Below, one piece after another: positions 40,644 to 50,858 of a stretch of 64,000 bases of DNA. A program made the position numbers and the translations under genes. The notes under the pieces were generated by a model, which was given only the letters and a program-made list of their open reading frames with translations, was not told where the DNA came from and searched no databases. The DNA is from an uncultured Microthrixaceae bacterium (lineage in GTDB: Bacteria; Actinomycetota; Acidimicrobiia; Acidimicrobiales; Microtrichaceae), in assembly GCA_942490665.1 (NCBI GenBank), contig CALNXV010000001.1, positions 3,661 to 67,660 on the forward strand, written 5' to 3'. Within the stretch, counting starts at the first letter, position 1, and every line of letters starts with the position of its first letter.

Positions 40644-40716
40644 CCAGTCTGACGTCTCGGTGGGGTCGGCGCCCGGCCGATCCGGACCCGGCGGGGGCGT
40701 GTGCGATCCTGGGCCA

Positions 40717-41148
40717 GTGATCACCACCGAGATCCGGTCGTCCGCCGCCCCGTCCACGATCCACGAACTGCTCGTCGACGTCGACGCCTGGACGGTGTGG
40801 TCGCCGCACGTCGCCTCGGTCGACGCCGAGACGCGACGCGTCTCGGCAGGATGGGTCGGTGCCACCCGGGCGTTCTTCGCGCCCGGCGCGACGTCGATGA
40901 TCGTCGACGACGTCCGACCCGACGGCGGCTACACCTGGCACTCCACGCTCGGCCCGTGGCGCCTCGACTACGACAACCACGTCGTCGCCGCCAGCGGTGG
41001 GAGCACGCTGCGCTTCGCCGCCCGGTTGACCGGGCCGGCGAGCGCTGCCCTCGAGCGGCTCGTCCTGCCGCTGTCGGCGCTCGGCCAACGGCGTCGCATG
41101 ACCCGACTCGCCCGGCTGGCCGAGCTCCTCGAACGCCACGCCGGGTGA
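40717..41148 (+). CDS. SRPBCC (START/polyketide cyclase-like) family protein
   Basis: VITTEIRSSAAPSTIHELLVDVDAWTVWSPHVASV...GYTWHSTLGPWRLDYDNHV. Confidence 0.65.
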   Translation: MITTEIRSSAAPSTIHELLVDVDAWTVWSPHVASVDAETRRVSAGWVGATRAFFAPGATSMIVDDVRPDGGYTWHSTLGPWRLDYDNHVVAASGGSTLRFAARLTGPASAALERLVLPLSALGQRRRMTRLARLAELLERHAG

Positions 41149-41218
41149 CCGCTGCATGCCGCTCGAGGTCCGAGGGCGACGCACCCGGGTCGGCACCCGT
41201 GCGGATCGGCCGGTAGCC

Positions 41219-42154
41219 ATGGGGACCGTGATCAACCGCCTCCGGGACCAGGTCGTCGCATCGACGACGTCGCTGTTCGCCCACGGCCCCAGAGCGCTCG
41301 AGCACACCCTCGACCACCCCGGCGACCCGGGCCTCCTCGGACCCGACTCGGTGTCGTGGCGGGTGATCGGCGACGCCGCCGCCTTCGTGGGCGGGATCCG
41401 AGCGCTCGTCGTGCAGACGGCGCACCCGGAGGTGGTGGCCGGGGTCGAGGATCACTCCCGCTACCGGGACGACCCCTTCGGCCGGCTCAACCGGACCTCG
41501 GTGTACGTCACCGAGACCACCTACGGGTCGATGCCCGAGGTCGACGCCGCCGTTGCGGCGGTCCGCGACGCCCACCGGCCGGTCCGCGGACGGTCCGAAC
41601 GCGACCGCCCCTACAGCGCCGGCCACCCCGAGATGGCGGCGTGGGTCCACAACGTCCTGACCGATTCGTTCCTCGCGGCGTACCAGAGCTACGGCCCGCG
41701 TCGGCTCAGCACCGACGAGGCCGACCGCTTCGTCGCCGAACAGGCCCAGATCGGCGCGCTGCTCGACGCCGCACCGCTCCCCGTGACTGCCGCGGAGCTC
41801 TCGACGTGGGTCGATGAGAACCCGGCGCTTGCGGGCTCCGCCGCACAGGCGAACGCGCTCAGCTTCCTCCGGGACCCACCGCTCCCGTTCGGCGTGAAGG
41901 TCGGCTACCGATTGCTGTACCAGGCCGCCATCCCCACGATCCAGCCCGGCGTGCGCAACGTGATCGGCGCCCAGCCGAGGGCTGCCGACGAGCACGTCGG
42001 TCGGGCGACGGTCCGGATGCTCCGTTGGGCACTCGGCTCGTCACCGTCGTGGCATCTCGCGCTGGTCAGGTCCGGAGCGCCCGTGCCGCCCGGGCTCTTC
42101 CGCCAGCCGTTGCCCGCCGGGGCAGCTGACTCCCCGACCGACCGCCCGACCTAG
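41219..42154 (+). CDS. oxygenase MpaB family (DUF2236) protein
   Basis: GPDSVSWRVIGDAAAFVGGIRALVVQTAHPEVVAGVEDHS...RLNRTSVYV. Confidence 0.7.
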   Translation: MGTVINRLRDQVVASTTSLFAHGPRALEHTLDHPGDPGLLGPDSVSWRVIGDAAAFVGGIRALVVQTAHPEVVAGVEDHSRYRDDPFGRLNRTSVYVTETTYGSMPEVDAAVAAVRDAHRPVRGRSERDRPYSAGHPEMAAWVHNVLTDSFLAAYQSYGPRRLSTDEADRFVAEQAQIGALLDAAPLPVTAAELSTWVDENPALAGSAAQANALSFLRDPPLPFGVKVGYRLLYQAAIPTIQPGVRNVIGAQPRAADEHVGRATVRMLRWALGSSPSWHLALVRSGAPVPPGLFRQPLPAGAADSPTDRPT

Positions 42155-42257
42155 CGCTGCCGGGGGCCACCCCGGTCGGCCGCCCCGGCCAGAGGTCGCC
42201 CCGTCCTGAGGCCGACCCGTCCGCCGAGCAGGTGGGTGCTTCGATAGGTTGCGGGCC

Positions 42258-42656
42258 ATGTCCCCGACCGCACTCGTGGCCGCCGCTCGTGGGTGCCGGT
42301 CGAACGCCCACGTCCCCTACTCCGGCTTCCGGGCCGGGGCCGCGGTCCACGCCGATTCCGGGAGCGTCGTCCCCGGGGTGATCGTCGAGAACGTCTCGCT
42401 CGGGTTGGCGATGTGCGCCGAGCGGGTCGCGCTCTTCTCGACCGTCGCGCTCGGTGCCCGGCCGCTCGCCTTGGCCCTCGTGGCACCGCGAACGGGTGAG
42501 GCCCTCACCTGGCCGTGCGGCGCCTGCCTCCAGGTCGCGCTCGAGCTCGGTGGTCCCACGCTGCCGGTCTACGTCAGTTCGGTCGCACAGGACGCGCCGA
42601 TCAACGAGTCGACCGTCGGCGAGCTCCTCCCGCACGGACCGTTCGTGCGACGCTGA
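42258..42656 (+). CDS. cdd: cytidine deaminase
   Basis: HVPYSGFRAGAAV, CAERVALF and WPCGACLQV zinc motifs. Confidence 0.88.
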   Translation: MSPTALVAAARGCRSNAHVPYSGFRAGAAVHADSGSVVPGVIVENVSLGLAMCAERVALFSTVALGARPLALALVAPRTGEALTWPCGACLQVALELGGPTLPVYVSSVAQDAPINESTVGELLPHGPFVRR

Positions 42657-42739
42657 ACGCAGGTGGCCGGTGGATGGCCGCTGCGGAGCGGGCCCATCCC
42701 GATCGCTGGGGCCGGTAGGGTCCGTCGAGCACTTCGGGG

Positions 42740-43999
42740 GTGACGATGCGGTTGGACGAGGTCGACCTGTTGGACCTGGACCGGTTCCAGCGTCAGGAGC
42801 ACCACGAGATGTTCTCGGTGCTCCGCGCCGAGGACCCGGTCCACTGGACGCCGGAGCCCGACGGACCGGGCTTCTGGTCCATCACCAAGCACGCGGACCT
42901 GCAGACGGTGAACCGCGACACCGAGGGATTCAGCGCCGAGCAGGGGGGCATCACCCTCCTGGAGTCCTCGACCCTCGATCCCGGGATGGACATGCGCGGC
43001 CGGATCATGGTGATGACGGACCCGCCGCGGCACACCCGCTACCGGTTGCTCGTCAACAAGGGGTTCACGCCGCGGATGATCGGCCTGATCGAGGCGCATC
43101 TGATCTACCGGGCCGAGCTCATCGTCGACCAGGTCATCGAACGGGGCGAGTGCGAGTTCGTCACCGAACTCGCGGCGGAGCTCCCGCTCCAGGCCATCGC
43201 TGCGATCATGGGGGTGCCCCAGGAGGAGCGTCACCTGCTCTTCGACTGGTCCAACCGGATGGTGGGCGCCGACGACCCCGAGTACAACAAGGATCCGGCG
43301 AACAAGGCCGATGCCGAGGCGGCTGCTGCCGAGCTGTACATGTTCGCGAGCGCGTTGGGCGAGGCTCGCCGCAGCGACCCACGTGACGACATCGTCACCA
43401 AGCTGATCAACGCCGAGATCGACGGCGACAAGCTCACGCCCGAGGAGTTCGAGCTCTTCATCCTGCTCCTGGCCGTGGCGGGCAACGAGACCACGCGGAA
43501 CGCCACGGCGCACGGCATGCACGCCTTCATGACCCACCCGGACGAGTTCGCGAAGCTGCGCGACCACCCCGAGCTGATGGACTCCGCCGTCGAGGAGGTG
43601 CTGCGCTGGTCGTCGCCGGTCCTCTACTTCCGGCGACAGGCGACCCGCGACGTCGAGCTGCGGGGCAAGCAGATCCGGGCCGGGGACAAGATCGCCATGT
43701 GGCACGTGTCGGGCAACCGGGACGAGGAGGTCTTCGACGACCCGTTCCGGTTCGACATCACGCGATCACCCAACGACCACGTCGCGTTCGGCGGCGGCGG
43801 CGCGCACTTCTGCCTGGGAGCCAACCTCGCACGGCTCGAGCTCCGGGTGCTCTTCGAACAGCTCGTCGACCGCGTCCCGGACATGCGGATCGCCGGTGAG
43901 GTCCAGCGCCTCCGCTCGAACTTCATCGGCGGGATCAAGCACATCCCGGTTGCGTTCACGCCGGGCGAGCGGCTCCATCCGGTCGAGGTGGACGCCTGA
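42740..43999 (+). CDS. cytochrome P450
   Basis: I-helix LLAVAGNETTRNA, EEVLRW, and the heme loop FGGGGAHFCLGANLA. An ATG at 42746 is an alternative start. Confidence 0.92.
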   Translation: MTMRLDEVDLLDLDRFQRQEHHEMFSVLRAEDPVHWTPEPDGPGFWSITKHADLQTVNRDTEGFSAEQGGITLLESSTLDPGMDMRGRIMVMTDPPRHTRYRLLVNKGFTPRMIGLIEAHLIYRAELIVDQVIERGECEFVTELAAELPLQAIAAIMGVPQEERHLLFDWSNRMVGADDPEYNKDPANKADAEAAAAELYMFASALGEARRSDPRDDIVTKLINAEIDGDKLTPEEFELFILLLAVAGNETTRNATAHGMHAFMTHPDEFAKLRDHPELMDSAVEEVLRWSSPVLYFRRQATRDVELRGKQIRAGDKIAMWHVSGNRDEEVFDDPFRFDITRSPNDHVAFGGGGAHFCLGANLARLELRVLFEQLVDRVPDMRIAGEVQRLRSNFIGGIKHIPVAFTPGERLHPVEVDA

Positions 44000-44106
44000 G
44001 CGGTCCATCGGCCCCGAGGCGGTGCGAACCACACGGTGCCGCAGCGGCTGCGCCGGAGCACGGGTTCAGGCGCACCTCGCGTCGGGCGACGGTCCTCGTG
44101 CCGTCG

Positions 44107-45366
44107 TCACACGAGCTCCAGGAACGCGTCGAGCTCGTCGACGGTGTTGTAGGCGTGCGGCGACACCCGGACGACCTCGTCCAGGCCCCGGGGGCCCAGG
44201 TCCAACAGGGCGGTGGCGGCCCGGCTCGTCCCGATGTTGATCCCGGCCGCGGCGGCCGCCGCGACGATCTCGCCGGGTCGGCGGTGCTCGCTGGCGAAGG
44301 TGACGATGCCGCTGCGTCGACCGTCGCCATCGGTGACGACCGTGCCGGGTGCTGCGTCGAGCCCGCGCCGGAGGTGCCCGGCCAGCTCGTCGATGCGGGC
44401 GGCGAGTCGGTCGATGCCCACCGCGAGCGCCTCGTCGATCGCGACGCCGAGGCCGAGCTGAGCGGCGATCGGCCCCTCGAAGTGCTCGAAACGACCAGCG
44501 TCGGGGGCGAGCTCGTAGCGCCACGGTTCGGGCCAGCTCGCTGAGGTCGCGTCGATGCCCGGGGGGTCGAGCCGGTCGAGCAGCGAACCGGCGACGTACA
44601 GGAGCCCGGTGCCACGGGGGCCGCGCAGCCACTTGCGCCCGGTGACGGTCGCGATGTCGCAGCGGATCGACGCCACGTCCACCGGGAGCTGACCCACCGA
44701 CTGGCAGGCGTCCAGGGCGTAGACCGCTCCCGCTGCCCGAGCCAGCTCACCGGCCGCGTCGACGGGGGCGACGACGCCCGAGTGGGTGGGCACGTGGGTG
44801 ATCGACACCAGCGCCGTCGGCTCCGCGAGGGCGCGCTCCAGCGCCGCGAGGTCGAGGACGCCGTCCGGACCCGGGTCGACGACGTGCAGGTCGAGCGGAC
44901 GGCGCTTCGCCGCCTGGAGCAGCGCGAACCAGTGGGAGTTGTAGCTGACCCGGTCCACCACGATGCGTGGGCGGTCGTCGAGCCCCCCGCCGAACACGAA
45001 TCCCCAGAACGCGCTCGCCCATGCGGCGGTGTCGCTGGTGGTGACCGCCACCTCGCCGGGCGCCGCGCCGAGGAGCTGCGCCGCGGAGGAGCGAACCCCG
45101 GCGAGGTCCTCCGCAGCGATCTCTGCTGCCTCGTAGCCGCCGAGGTGCGCCTCGCGCTGGAGGTGACCGACGACCGCACCGAGCGTGGCGGCGCTCATCA
45201 GCCCGGCGCCGGCGTTGTTCAGGTGTGCTCGCCCCGCCGTGCCCGGCGTACCGGCACGGAGCTCAGCGACCTCGGCATCGTCGATCGTGTCGTTGATCGG
45301 ATCGCCGAGTGGTCCGACGGGCGACGCTCCTCGCTGCCGCGCCGCGGGCGGGTCAGCCGGCGTCAC
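44107..45366 (-). CDS. egtE: class V aminotransferase-fold PLP enzyme, EgtE-like C-S lyase
   Basis: Intact 419 aa with HLNNAGAGL, VSITHVPTHSG, DACQSVGQLPVDV and TGRKWLRGPRGTGLLY. It lies directly after egtB with overlapping ends. Confidence 0.65.
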   Translation of the reverse strand: MTPADPPAARQRGASPVGPLGDPINDTIDDAEVAELRAGTPGTAGRAHLNNAGAGLMSAATLGAVVGHLQREAHLGGYEAAEIAAEDLAGVRSSAAQLLGAAPGEVAVTTSDTAAWASAFWGFVFGGGLDDRPRIVVDRVSYNSHWFALLQAAKRRPLDLHVVDPGPDGVLDLAALERALAEPTALVSITHVPTHSGVVAPVDAAGELARAAGAVYALDACQSVGQLPVDVASIRCDIATVTGRKWLRGPRGTGLLYVAGSLLDRLDPPGIDATSASWPEPWRYELAPDAGRFEHFEGPIAAQLGLGVAIDEALAVGIDRLAARIDELAGHLRRGLDAAPGTVVTDGDGRRSGIVTFASEHRRPGEIVAAAAAAGINIGTSRAATALLDLGPRGLDEVVRVSPHAYNTVDELDAFLELV

Positions 45367-46624
45367 GGGCCAGGCGGAGCCCGGCGAACGCCCAGCGCGC
45401 CCCCGGCGGGAAGAAGTTCCGGTAGGTGCCCCGGGCGTGGCCGGCGGGTGTCGCGAAGGAGCTGCCGCGCAGCACCTGTTGGTTCACCATGAACTTGCCG
45501 TTGTACTCGCCGATGGCGCCCGGCGCCGGGCGGAAGCCGGGGTACGGGCGGTAGGCGGACTCGGTCCACTGCCACAGCTCGCCGAACCACTGACTCGGAT
45601 CGGGGGACTCCTCCGCCGGACGCGCCCGCAGCACGCTGAGGTCGAGGTGTGCGCCCGCCACCGGCACGGACGCCGCGAGCTCCCACTCCTCCTCGGTCGG
45701 CAGTCGCGCTGCGGACCATCGGGCGAAGGCGTCGGCCTCGTACCAGCTCACGTTCGCGACGGGCTGCGCGGGGTCGACCCGGCTGCGTCCGGCGAGGCCG
45801 AACACCCACCAGTCGCCGTCCTCGTGGCTCCAGTACAGCGGCGCGTCCCAGCGCTGCGAGCAGACGGTCGCCCACCCGTCGGACATCCAGAGCTCCGCTC
45901 GGCGGTACCCGTCGTCGTCGATGAACGCGAGCCAGTCGCCGCAGGTCACCAGGCGGTCGGCCACCTCGAAGGGCCCCACCAGGGTGTCGTGGCGGGGGTG
46001 CTCGTTGTCGAAGCCGAACCCCTCGTCGCGGTGTCCGACGGCCACCACGCCACCGGGGTGGGAGCGCCACGCTGCCGGCGCGGGGTCGCTGCGTTCGGGC
46101 GCAGCCAGGTCCGTGCGGTAGGCGGGCGCGAACGGATGACAGGACAGCACGTGGAGCAGGTCCATCGCCATCAGCTCCTGATGCTGCTGTTCGTGGTGCA
46201 GCCCCAACTCGACCAACGAGGCCACCCGGTCGTCGACCCCGGCGACCAGCAGCTGCTCGAGCCCGTCGTCGACGTGCGCGCGGTAGTCGCCGACCTCCGC
46301 TGCGCTGGGCCGCGACAGCAGGCCCCGTTCGGGTCGGGCGTGGCGGGCGCCGACCGCCTCGTAGTACGAGTTGAACAGGTAGGCGAACTCCTCGGAGAAC
46401 GGCCGGTACCCGCTCAGGTGCGGCCCGAGCACGAACGTCTCGAAGAACCAGGTCGTATGGGCACGGTGCCACTTGGTGGGCGACACGTCGGGCATCGACT
46501 GCACCGTCTGGTCCTCGGGCGACAGCGGCGCCGCGAGCGCCTCGGTGAGCGAGCGGACCTCCCCGACGGCCCCGGGGCGCACCCGCGGGTCGAGCGTGTC
46601 GGTCACCGGGCCGAGCAGGCTCAT
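45353..46624 (-). CDS. egtB: ergothioneine biosynthesis sulfoxide synthase EgtB (DinB_2 plus FGE-sulfatase domains)
   Basis: PTKWHRAHTTWFFETF, ELGLHHEQQHQELM, NVSWYEADAFARW, WQWTESAY and GSSFATP. The ATG at 46622-46624 overlaps the egtD stop (ATGA). Confidence 0.85.
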   Translation of the reverse strand: MSLLGPVTDTLDPRVRPGAVGEVRSLTEALAAPLSPEDQTVQSMPDVSPTKWHRAHTTWFFETFVLGPHLSGYRPFSEEFAYLFNSYYEAVGARHARPERGLLSRPSAAEVGDYRAHVDDGLEQLLVAGVDDRVASLVELGLHHEQQHQELMAMDLLHVLSCHPFAPAYRTDLAAPERSDPAPAAWRSHPGGVVAVGHRDEGFGFDNEHPRHDTLVGPFEVADRLVTCGDWLAFIDDDGYRRAELWMSDGWATVCSQRWDAPLYWSHEDGDWWVFGLAGRSRVDPAQPVANVSWYEADAFARWSAARLPTEEEWELAASVPVAGAHLDLSVLRARPAEESPDPSQWFGELWQWTESAYRPYPGFRPAPGAIGEYNGKFMVNQQVLRGSSFATPAGHARGTYRNFFPPGARWAFAGLRLARDAG

Positions 46625-47607
46625 CGGCGCGCCAACCAGAGCGCGAAGTCGCCGTCGGGGTCGGTCCAATGGTGCTCGGGACGGAGCCCGGCATCGTGGA
46701 GCTCGTCGGCGAACTGCTCGGTGCGGAACTTCGTCGAGATCTCGGTGCGCAGATCCTCGCCCTCGGCGAAGCCGACCTCGAGGTCGAGCTCGCCGATCAC
46801 GACGTGTTGGTCCGCCAGCGACCGGATGCGCATCTCGATGAACGACTCGTCCTCGTCGAAGCGGGCGACGTGCTCGAACCGGTCGGGGTCGAAGTCCGCG
46901 TCGAGCTCTCGGTTGATGACCGCCAACACGTTGAGGTTGAACGCAGCGGTCACGCCGGCGGCGTCGTCGTAGGCAGCGACCAGGCGGTCGCGTTCCTTGA
47001 CGAGGTCGGTCCCGATGAGCGCGGAGTCCCCCGGGGCCATGGTGGCCGCCAGCTCGGCGAGGAACCCGGCCCGTTCGTGGGCGTGCAGGTTGCCGATCGT
47101 CCCGCCGAGGAACGCGATCATGCGGGTCCCGTCAGCGGGGACCTCGCCGAGATGCTCGTTGAAGTCACCGACGACCCCGTGGATCTCGATCTCGGGGTAG
47201 TCCGCGCCCAGCTTCGCGACGGCGTCGCGCAGCGTCTGTTCCGCCACGTCGAAAGGGATGAAGCGCTCGAGTCGGCCACCGTCGCGCATCGAGTCGAGCA
47301 GCAGTCGGGTCTTGTCCGAGGTACCGGAACCGAGCTCGACGAGCGTGTCGGCGCCGCTCATCTCGGTGATGTCCTCGGCGTGGCGCTCGAGGATCGCTCG
47401 CTCCGCCCGGGTCGGGTAGTACTCGGGGAGCCGGGTGATCTGGTCGAACAGCTCACATCCCCGGTCGTCGTAGAGCCACTTGGGGGAGAGCTCCTTCGGG
47501 GTGGCCGTCAGGCCGGACCCCACCTCGGAGCGGATCGCCTCGTCGAAGGCGTCGGGGGGCAGGTGCACGCTCACGGCGCCGTTCGTCGAGGTGTCCACGC
47601 GATTCAC
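46621..47607 (-). CDS. egtD: L-histidine N-alpha-methyltransferase EgtD
   Basis: KELSPKWLYDDRGCELFDQITRLPEYYPTRAERAIL, LVELGSGTSDKT, FLGGTIGN and EISTKF. Confidence 0.88.
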   Translation of the reverse strand: MNRVDTSTNGAVSVHLPPDAFDEAIRSEVGSGLTATPKELSPKWLYDDRGCELFDQITRLPEYYPTRAERAILERHAEDITEMSGADTLVELGSGTSDKTRLLLDSMRDGGRLERFIPFDVAEQTLRDAVAKLGADYPEIEIHGVVGDFNEHLGEVPADGTRMIAFLGGTIGNLHAHERAGFLAELAATMAPGDSALIGTDLVKERDRLVAAYDDAAGVTAAFNLNVLAVINRELDADFDPDRFEHVARFDEDESFIEMRIRSLADQHVVIGELDLEVGFAEGEDLRTEISTKFRTEQFADELHDAGLRPEHHWTDPDGDFALWLARR

Positions 47608-47794
47608 TCCTGGGTGCCCATCGGCCGATCCGAACGGGGACGCAGGTCGTCCTCGTTCAGCGGGCGGGGGGTCGTCGGGGGTCGATGCATCGGGTCGAAC
47701 CTATTGCGCGGACCGCTGACCGTGTGGCCGGAACGGACCTGAGCGGAACCCCGGCACCCGGACGAGCGCGCCATCTCACCCAGCGGTGCGGCGC

Positions 47795-48733
47795 TCACCT
47801 CCCGAGATCGGGACCCACCGCGACCCGTCCGTCGGCCAGCGCGCGGCGGTTCGCCGCCCGGTCCTCGGGCTCGTAGCGATAGTTCGCCATCAGCCCCCAC
47901 GACCGTCGCCGACCGGCGTCGGAGCGGTCCGCGTCGGCGTGGACGGCGAGCAGGCGGGCGCCGTTGCCGAGGTGGAACCGTGCCACCGGGTCGATCGGCC
48001 GGCCGTGGTCGTCGAGGGTGGTGAGGAACTCGACCGCAGCACGTTCGACAGCGGTGGGTTCGACCGCCTCACCGCCCCACTCGGCCCGGTCGCTGCGTCC
48101 CTCCAGCGAGTCGCGCAGGCCCGGGACCGGGGACAGCGTGAGGAAGGTGGACAGCCCCACCAGCTCCGACCGAAGCGTCGACACCGCCCCCTCGAGCAGG
48201 GTCCGACCGCCGGGCAGCCCGACACTGCCCGGCTCGGCGGTCCAGATCGAATAGAAGACCGCAGTGTCCGCACCACGTGGATCGCCGGTCGGCGCCGTTG
48301 GGTCCAGGATGGATCCGAGGTCGTCGAGGCGCCCCCCGGCGGGTGCGGCGTCGCCGGCGAGCCGGGCAGCGTCATCGACCAGTGCGCACCAGACGACGTT
48401 CAGCGGACGGCCGGGGAGCTCGGGGTGCGCGAGGACGAAGCAGCGCCGGTCGTCGTCGAGTCGATCGGCGGCGTCCTGCGGGCTCCGCACCGGGTGCACG
48501 GGCTCGGTGGCGACGAGCCGGTCGAGCAGCTCGTCGGGGTCGTCGAGCGTCACCCGACGCACGACCGGCGGATGCTCGGACAGGCGCATCGCCAGCTCAC
48601 CGCGCAGCGCGTCCAGCTCGACGCGGGCCGCGTGGCCCTCGTCGGCCCGATCGGCAGCCCTGCCCGGCGCGGCGCGCCCGGCCAGGAGCTCGGCCCGGCG
48701 GTCGAGCAGCTCGGCGACGCTGAGGGAGTCCAC
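47795..48733 (-). CDS. malonyl-CoA decarboxylase family protein (short form; start uncertain)
   Basis: [56 protein letters not shown]. The ORF extends to 48850, but that would overlap the divergent M50 gene. Confidence 0.7.
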   Translation of the reverse strand: MDSLSVAELLDRRAELLAGRAAPGRAADRADEGHAARVELDALRGELAMRLSEHPPVVRRVTLDDPDELLDRLVATEPVHPVRSPQDAADRLDDDRRCFVLAHPELPGRPLNVVWCALVDDAARLAGDAAPAGGRLDDLGSILDPTAPTGDPRGADTAVFYSIWTAEPGSVGLPGGRTLLEGAVSTLRSELVGLSTFLTLSPVPGLRDSLEGRSDRAEWGGEAVEPTAVERAAVEFLTTLDDHGRPIDPVARFHLGNGARLLAVHADADRSDAGRRRSWGLMANYRYEPEDRAANRRALADGRVAVGPDLGR

Positions 48734-48797
48734 CGCGACATCGAACCCGCGGCTGCGGCGACAGGCAAGACCGGGACCTCGGCGGTACCGTGGCGAA

Positions 48798-49916
48798 ATG
48801 CGCACGCACCTTCGGATCGGGCGGCTCCTCGGCGTGCCGATCGGGCTCAACTGGGGCGTGCTCGTCGTCTGTGTGCTGCTGGCGCTGAGCTTGGCGCAGG
48901 TGTCCCTGCCGTCGGTCTCCCCGGACTACCCGACGAGCGCCTACTGGTTCGCCGCGATCATCGGGGTGCTCGGCTTCCTGGTCTCCCTGACGGGCCACGA
49001 GCTCGGCCACAGCTACATCGCAGGGCGCAACGACGTCCGCGTCGTCGAGATCACGCTCTGGCTGTTCGGTGGTGTCGCGAAGCTCGAGGGCGACGCGGAC
49101 AACCCGGGCGCCGAGTTCCGCATCGCTGCCGCCGGTCCGGCGATGTCGATGGTCATGGCGGGCGTCTTCGGCGGTGCGTGGTGGTGGGTGGACCGATGGG
49201 AGGGCTCGGCGGTGCTCACCACGACCCTGTTGTGGCTGAGCCTGATCAACGTCGTGCTCGCAGTGTCGAACCTGCTCCCCGCGTTCCCCCTCGACGGGGG
49301 GCGGATGCTCCGCGCCGTGCTGTGGCGGCGCTCGGGTCGAAAGATCGCAGCGACGCGCACTGCGGCGTTGTGGGGCCAGCTCCTGGCCGGCGCGTTGATC
49401 GTCGCGGCGCTGGCGATCGCGATCTGGTGGTCGTTCTGGTCCGGCGTGTGGACGATGCTGCTCGCGCTCTTCCTGCTGCTCGCCGCTCGTTCGGAATGGA
49501 AAGCCAGCGCGCCGCGTCCGGAGCTGATGGTCGCGCCGGTGTCGGGCCTCGGGCGTGTCCTGCCTCCCCCGCTGCGACCGAACGACAGCGTCGCCCGCCT
49601 CGAGGAGCTGCTCGCCGCGTTCCCGGGCGTGCCGCTGGTCCCGGTGATCGACGAACGCGGGCACGTGTCGATGCTGGTGCTGCCCGATGCGGTCATGCGT
49701 GTCCCGCCGGCGCAGCGCGGCGTGGTGCCGATCTCGTCGCTGGTCGAGCCGATGTGGAGCCTGCCGCGGGTGCATCCCGACGAATGCGTCGAGGCGGTGA
49801 TCTCCCGGCTGGGCCCGGGCCGCTACTGGCGTGCGGTGGTCACCGACGGCACCGACGTGCAGGGCGTGCTCTGCAGCGAGGACGTCGACCGCGTCGTCGA
49901 GCTCGCGACGGTCTGA
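48798..49916 (+). CDS. site-2 protease family (M50) membrane metalloprotease with CBS-like C-terminal region
   Basis: [10 protein letters not shown] (HExxH) and [14 protein letters not shown] motifs, with multiple TM spans. Confidence 0.85.
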   Translation: MRTHLRIGRLLGVPIGLNWGVLVVCVLLALSLAQVSLPSVSPDYPTSAYWFAAIIGVLGFLVSLTGHELGHSYIAGRNDVRVVEITLWLFGGVAKLEGDADNPGAEFRIAAAGPAMSMVMAGVFGGAWWWVDRWEGSAVLTTTLLWLSLINVVLAVSNLLPAFPLDGGRMLRAVLWRRSGRKIAATRTAALWGQLLAGALIVAALAIAIWWSFWSGVWTMLLALFLLLAARSEWKASAPRPELMVAPVSGLGRVLPPPLRPNDSVARLEELLAAFPGVPLVPVIDERGHVSMLVLPDAVMRVPPAQRGVVPISSLVEPMWSLPRVHPDECVEAVISRLGPGRYWRAVVTDGTDVQGVLCSEDVDRVVELATV

Positions 49917-49996
49917 CGAGCGACGGTCCGACGCGCAACCCGCCGCAGCGGGGCGGCGGCAGCGGAAGCGCAAGGCGGTCGGTACCCTCGGCGGCC

Positions 49997-50806
49997 GTGG
50001 AGCGCTACAGCGAGTTCGCCCGTCTGGCCATCGATCGACCCGAGGACGGCATCCTCCGGGTGGTCCTCGACACGCCCGGCCGGCTGAACGCCGTGGACCG
50101 GTCGATGCACCGGGAGCTGTGCGACGTCTGGCCGGTGATCGACCGCGACCCCGACACCCGGGTCGTGCTCGTGCACGGAGCGGGCGGTGTGTTCTCCGCC
50201 GGCGGCGACCTCGAGATGGTGCGCGAGATGACCGAGGACGTCGACGTGCGCAACGCCGTGTTCCGTGAGGCGCGCCAGCTGGTCCACCACATGATCGACT
50301 GCTCGGCGCCGGTCGTCTCCGCCATCGAGGGCCCGGCGGTCGGCGCGGGACTCGCCGTGGCGCTGCTCGCCGACATCTCGGTCGCGGGGCGCACCGCACG
50401 GCTGATCGACGGCCACACCCGGCTCGGCGTGGCTGCCGGCGACCACGCGGCGGTCATCTGGCCGCTGCTGTGCGGCATGGCCAAGGCCAAGTACCACCTG
50501 CTGACGTGCGAGACGCTGCTCGGCGAGGAGGCCGAACGGATCGGCCTCGTCAGTCGCTGCGTCGACGACGCCGAGGTGCTCGCGACCGCGACGGACATCG
50601 CCCGGACCCTGGCCGCGGGCTCCACGACGGCGCTGCGATGGACCAAGTACACGATGAACAACTGGCTGCGTCTCGCCGGCCCCACCTTCGACGCGTCGGC
50701 CGCGATGGAGATGCTGGGCTTCACCGGGCCCGACGTCCAGGAGGGTCTCGCCGCGGTGCAGGAGAAGCGTGCGCCGAGATTCACCCCGGGTCCGGTCGAC
50801 TGCTGA
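49997..50806 (+). CDS. enoyl-CoA hydratase/isomerase family protein
   Basis: [12 protein letters not shown] and [27 protein letters not shown] start at 49997. Confidence 0.85.
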   Translation: MERYSEFARLAIDRPEDGILRVVLDTPGRLNAVDRSMHRELCDVWPVIDRDPDTRVVLVHGAGGVFSAGGDLEMVREMTEDVDVRNAVFREARQLVHHMIDCSAPVVSAIEGPAVGAGLAVALLADISVAGRTARLIDGHTRLGVAAGDHAAVIWPLLCGMAKAKYHLLTCETLLGEEAERIGLVSRCVDDAEVLATATDIARTLAAGSTTALRWTKYTMNNWLRLAGPTFDASAAMEMLGFTGPDVQEGLAAVQEKRAPRFTPGPVDC

Positions 50807-50858
50807 GGCGGCCTGATCCCGCTCCGGCGCATCCGGCAGCGCCGGGGCGCCCGGTATC

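Noticed and set aside
47786-49990. N-terminal 730 codons of the 1006-aa + strand ORF 47786-50806
   Set aside because: This part is antisense to the malonyl-CoA decarboxylase gene and out of frame with the M50 protease gene. Only the last 270 codons (the enoyl-CoA hydratase from GTG 49997) look real.
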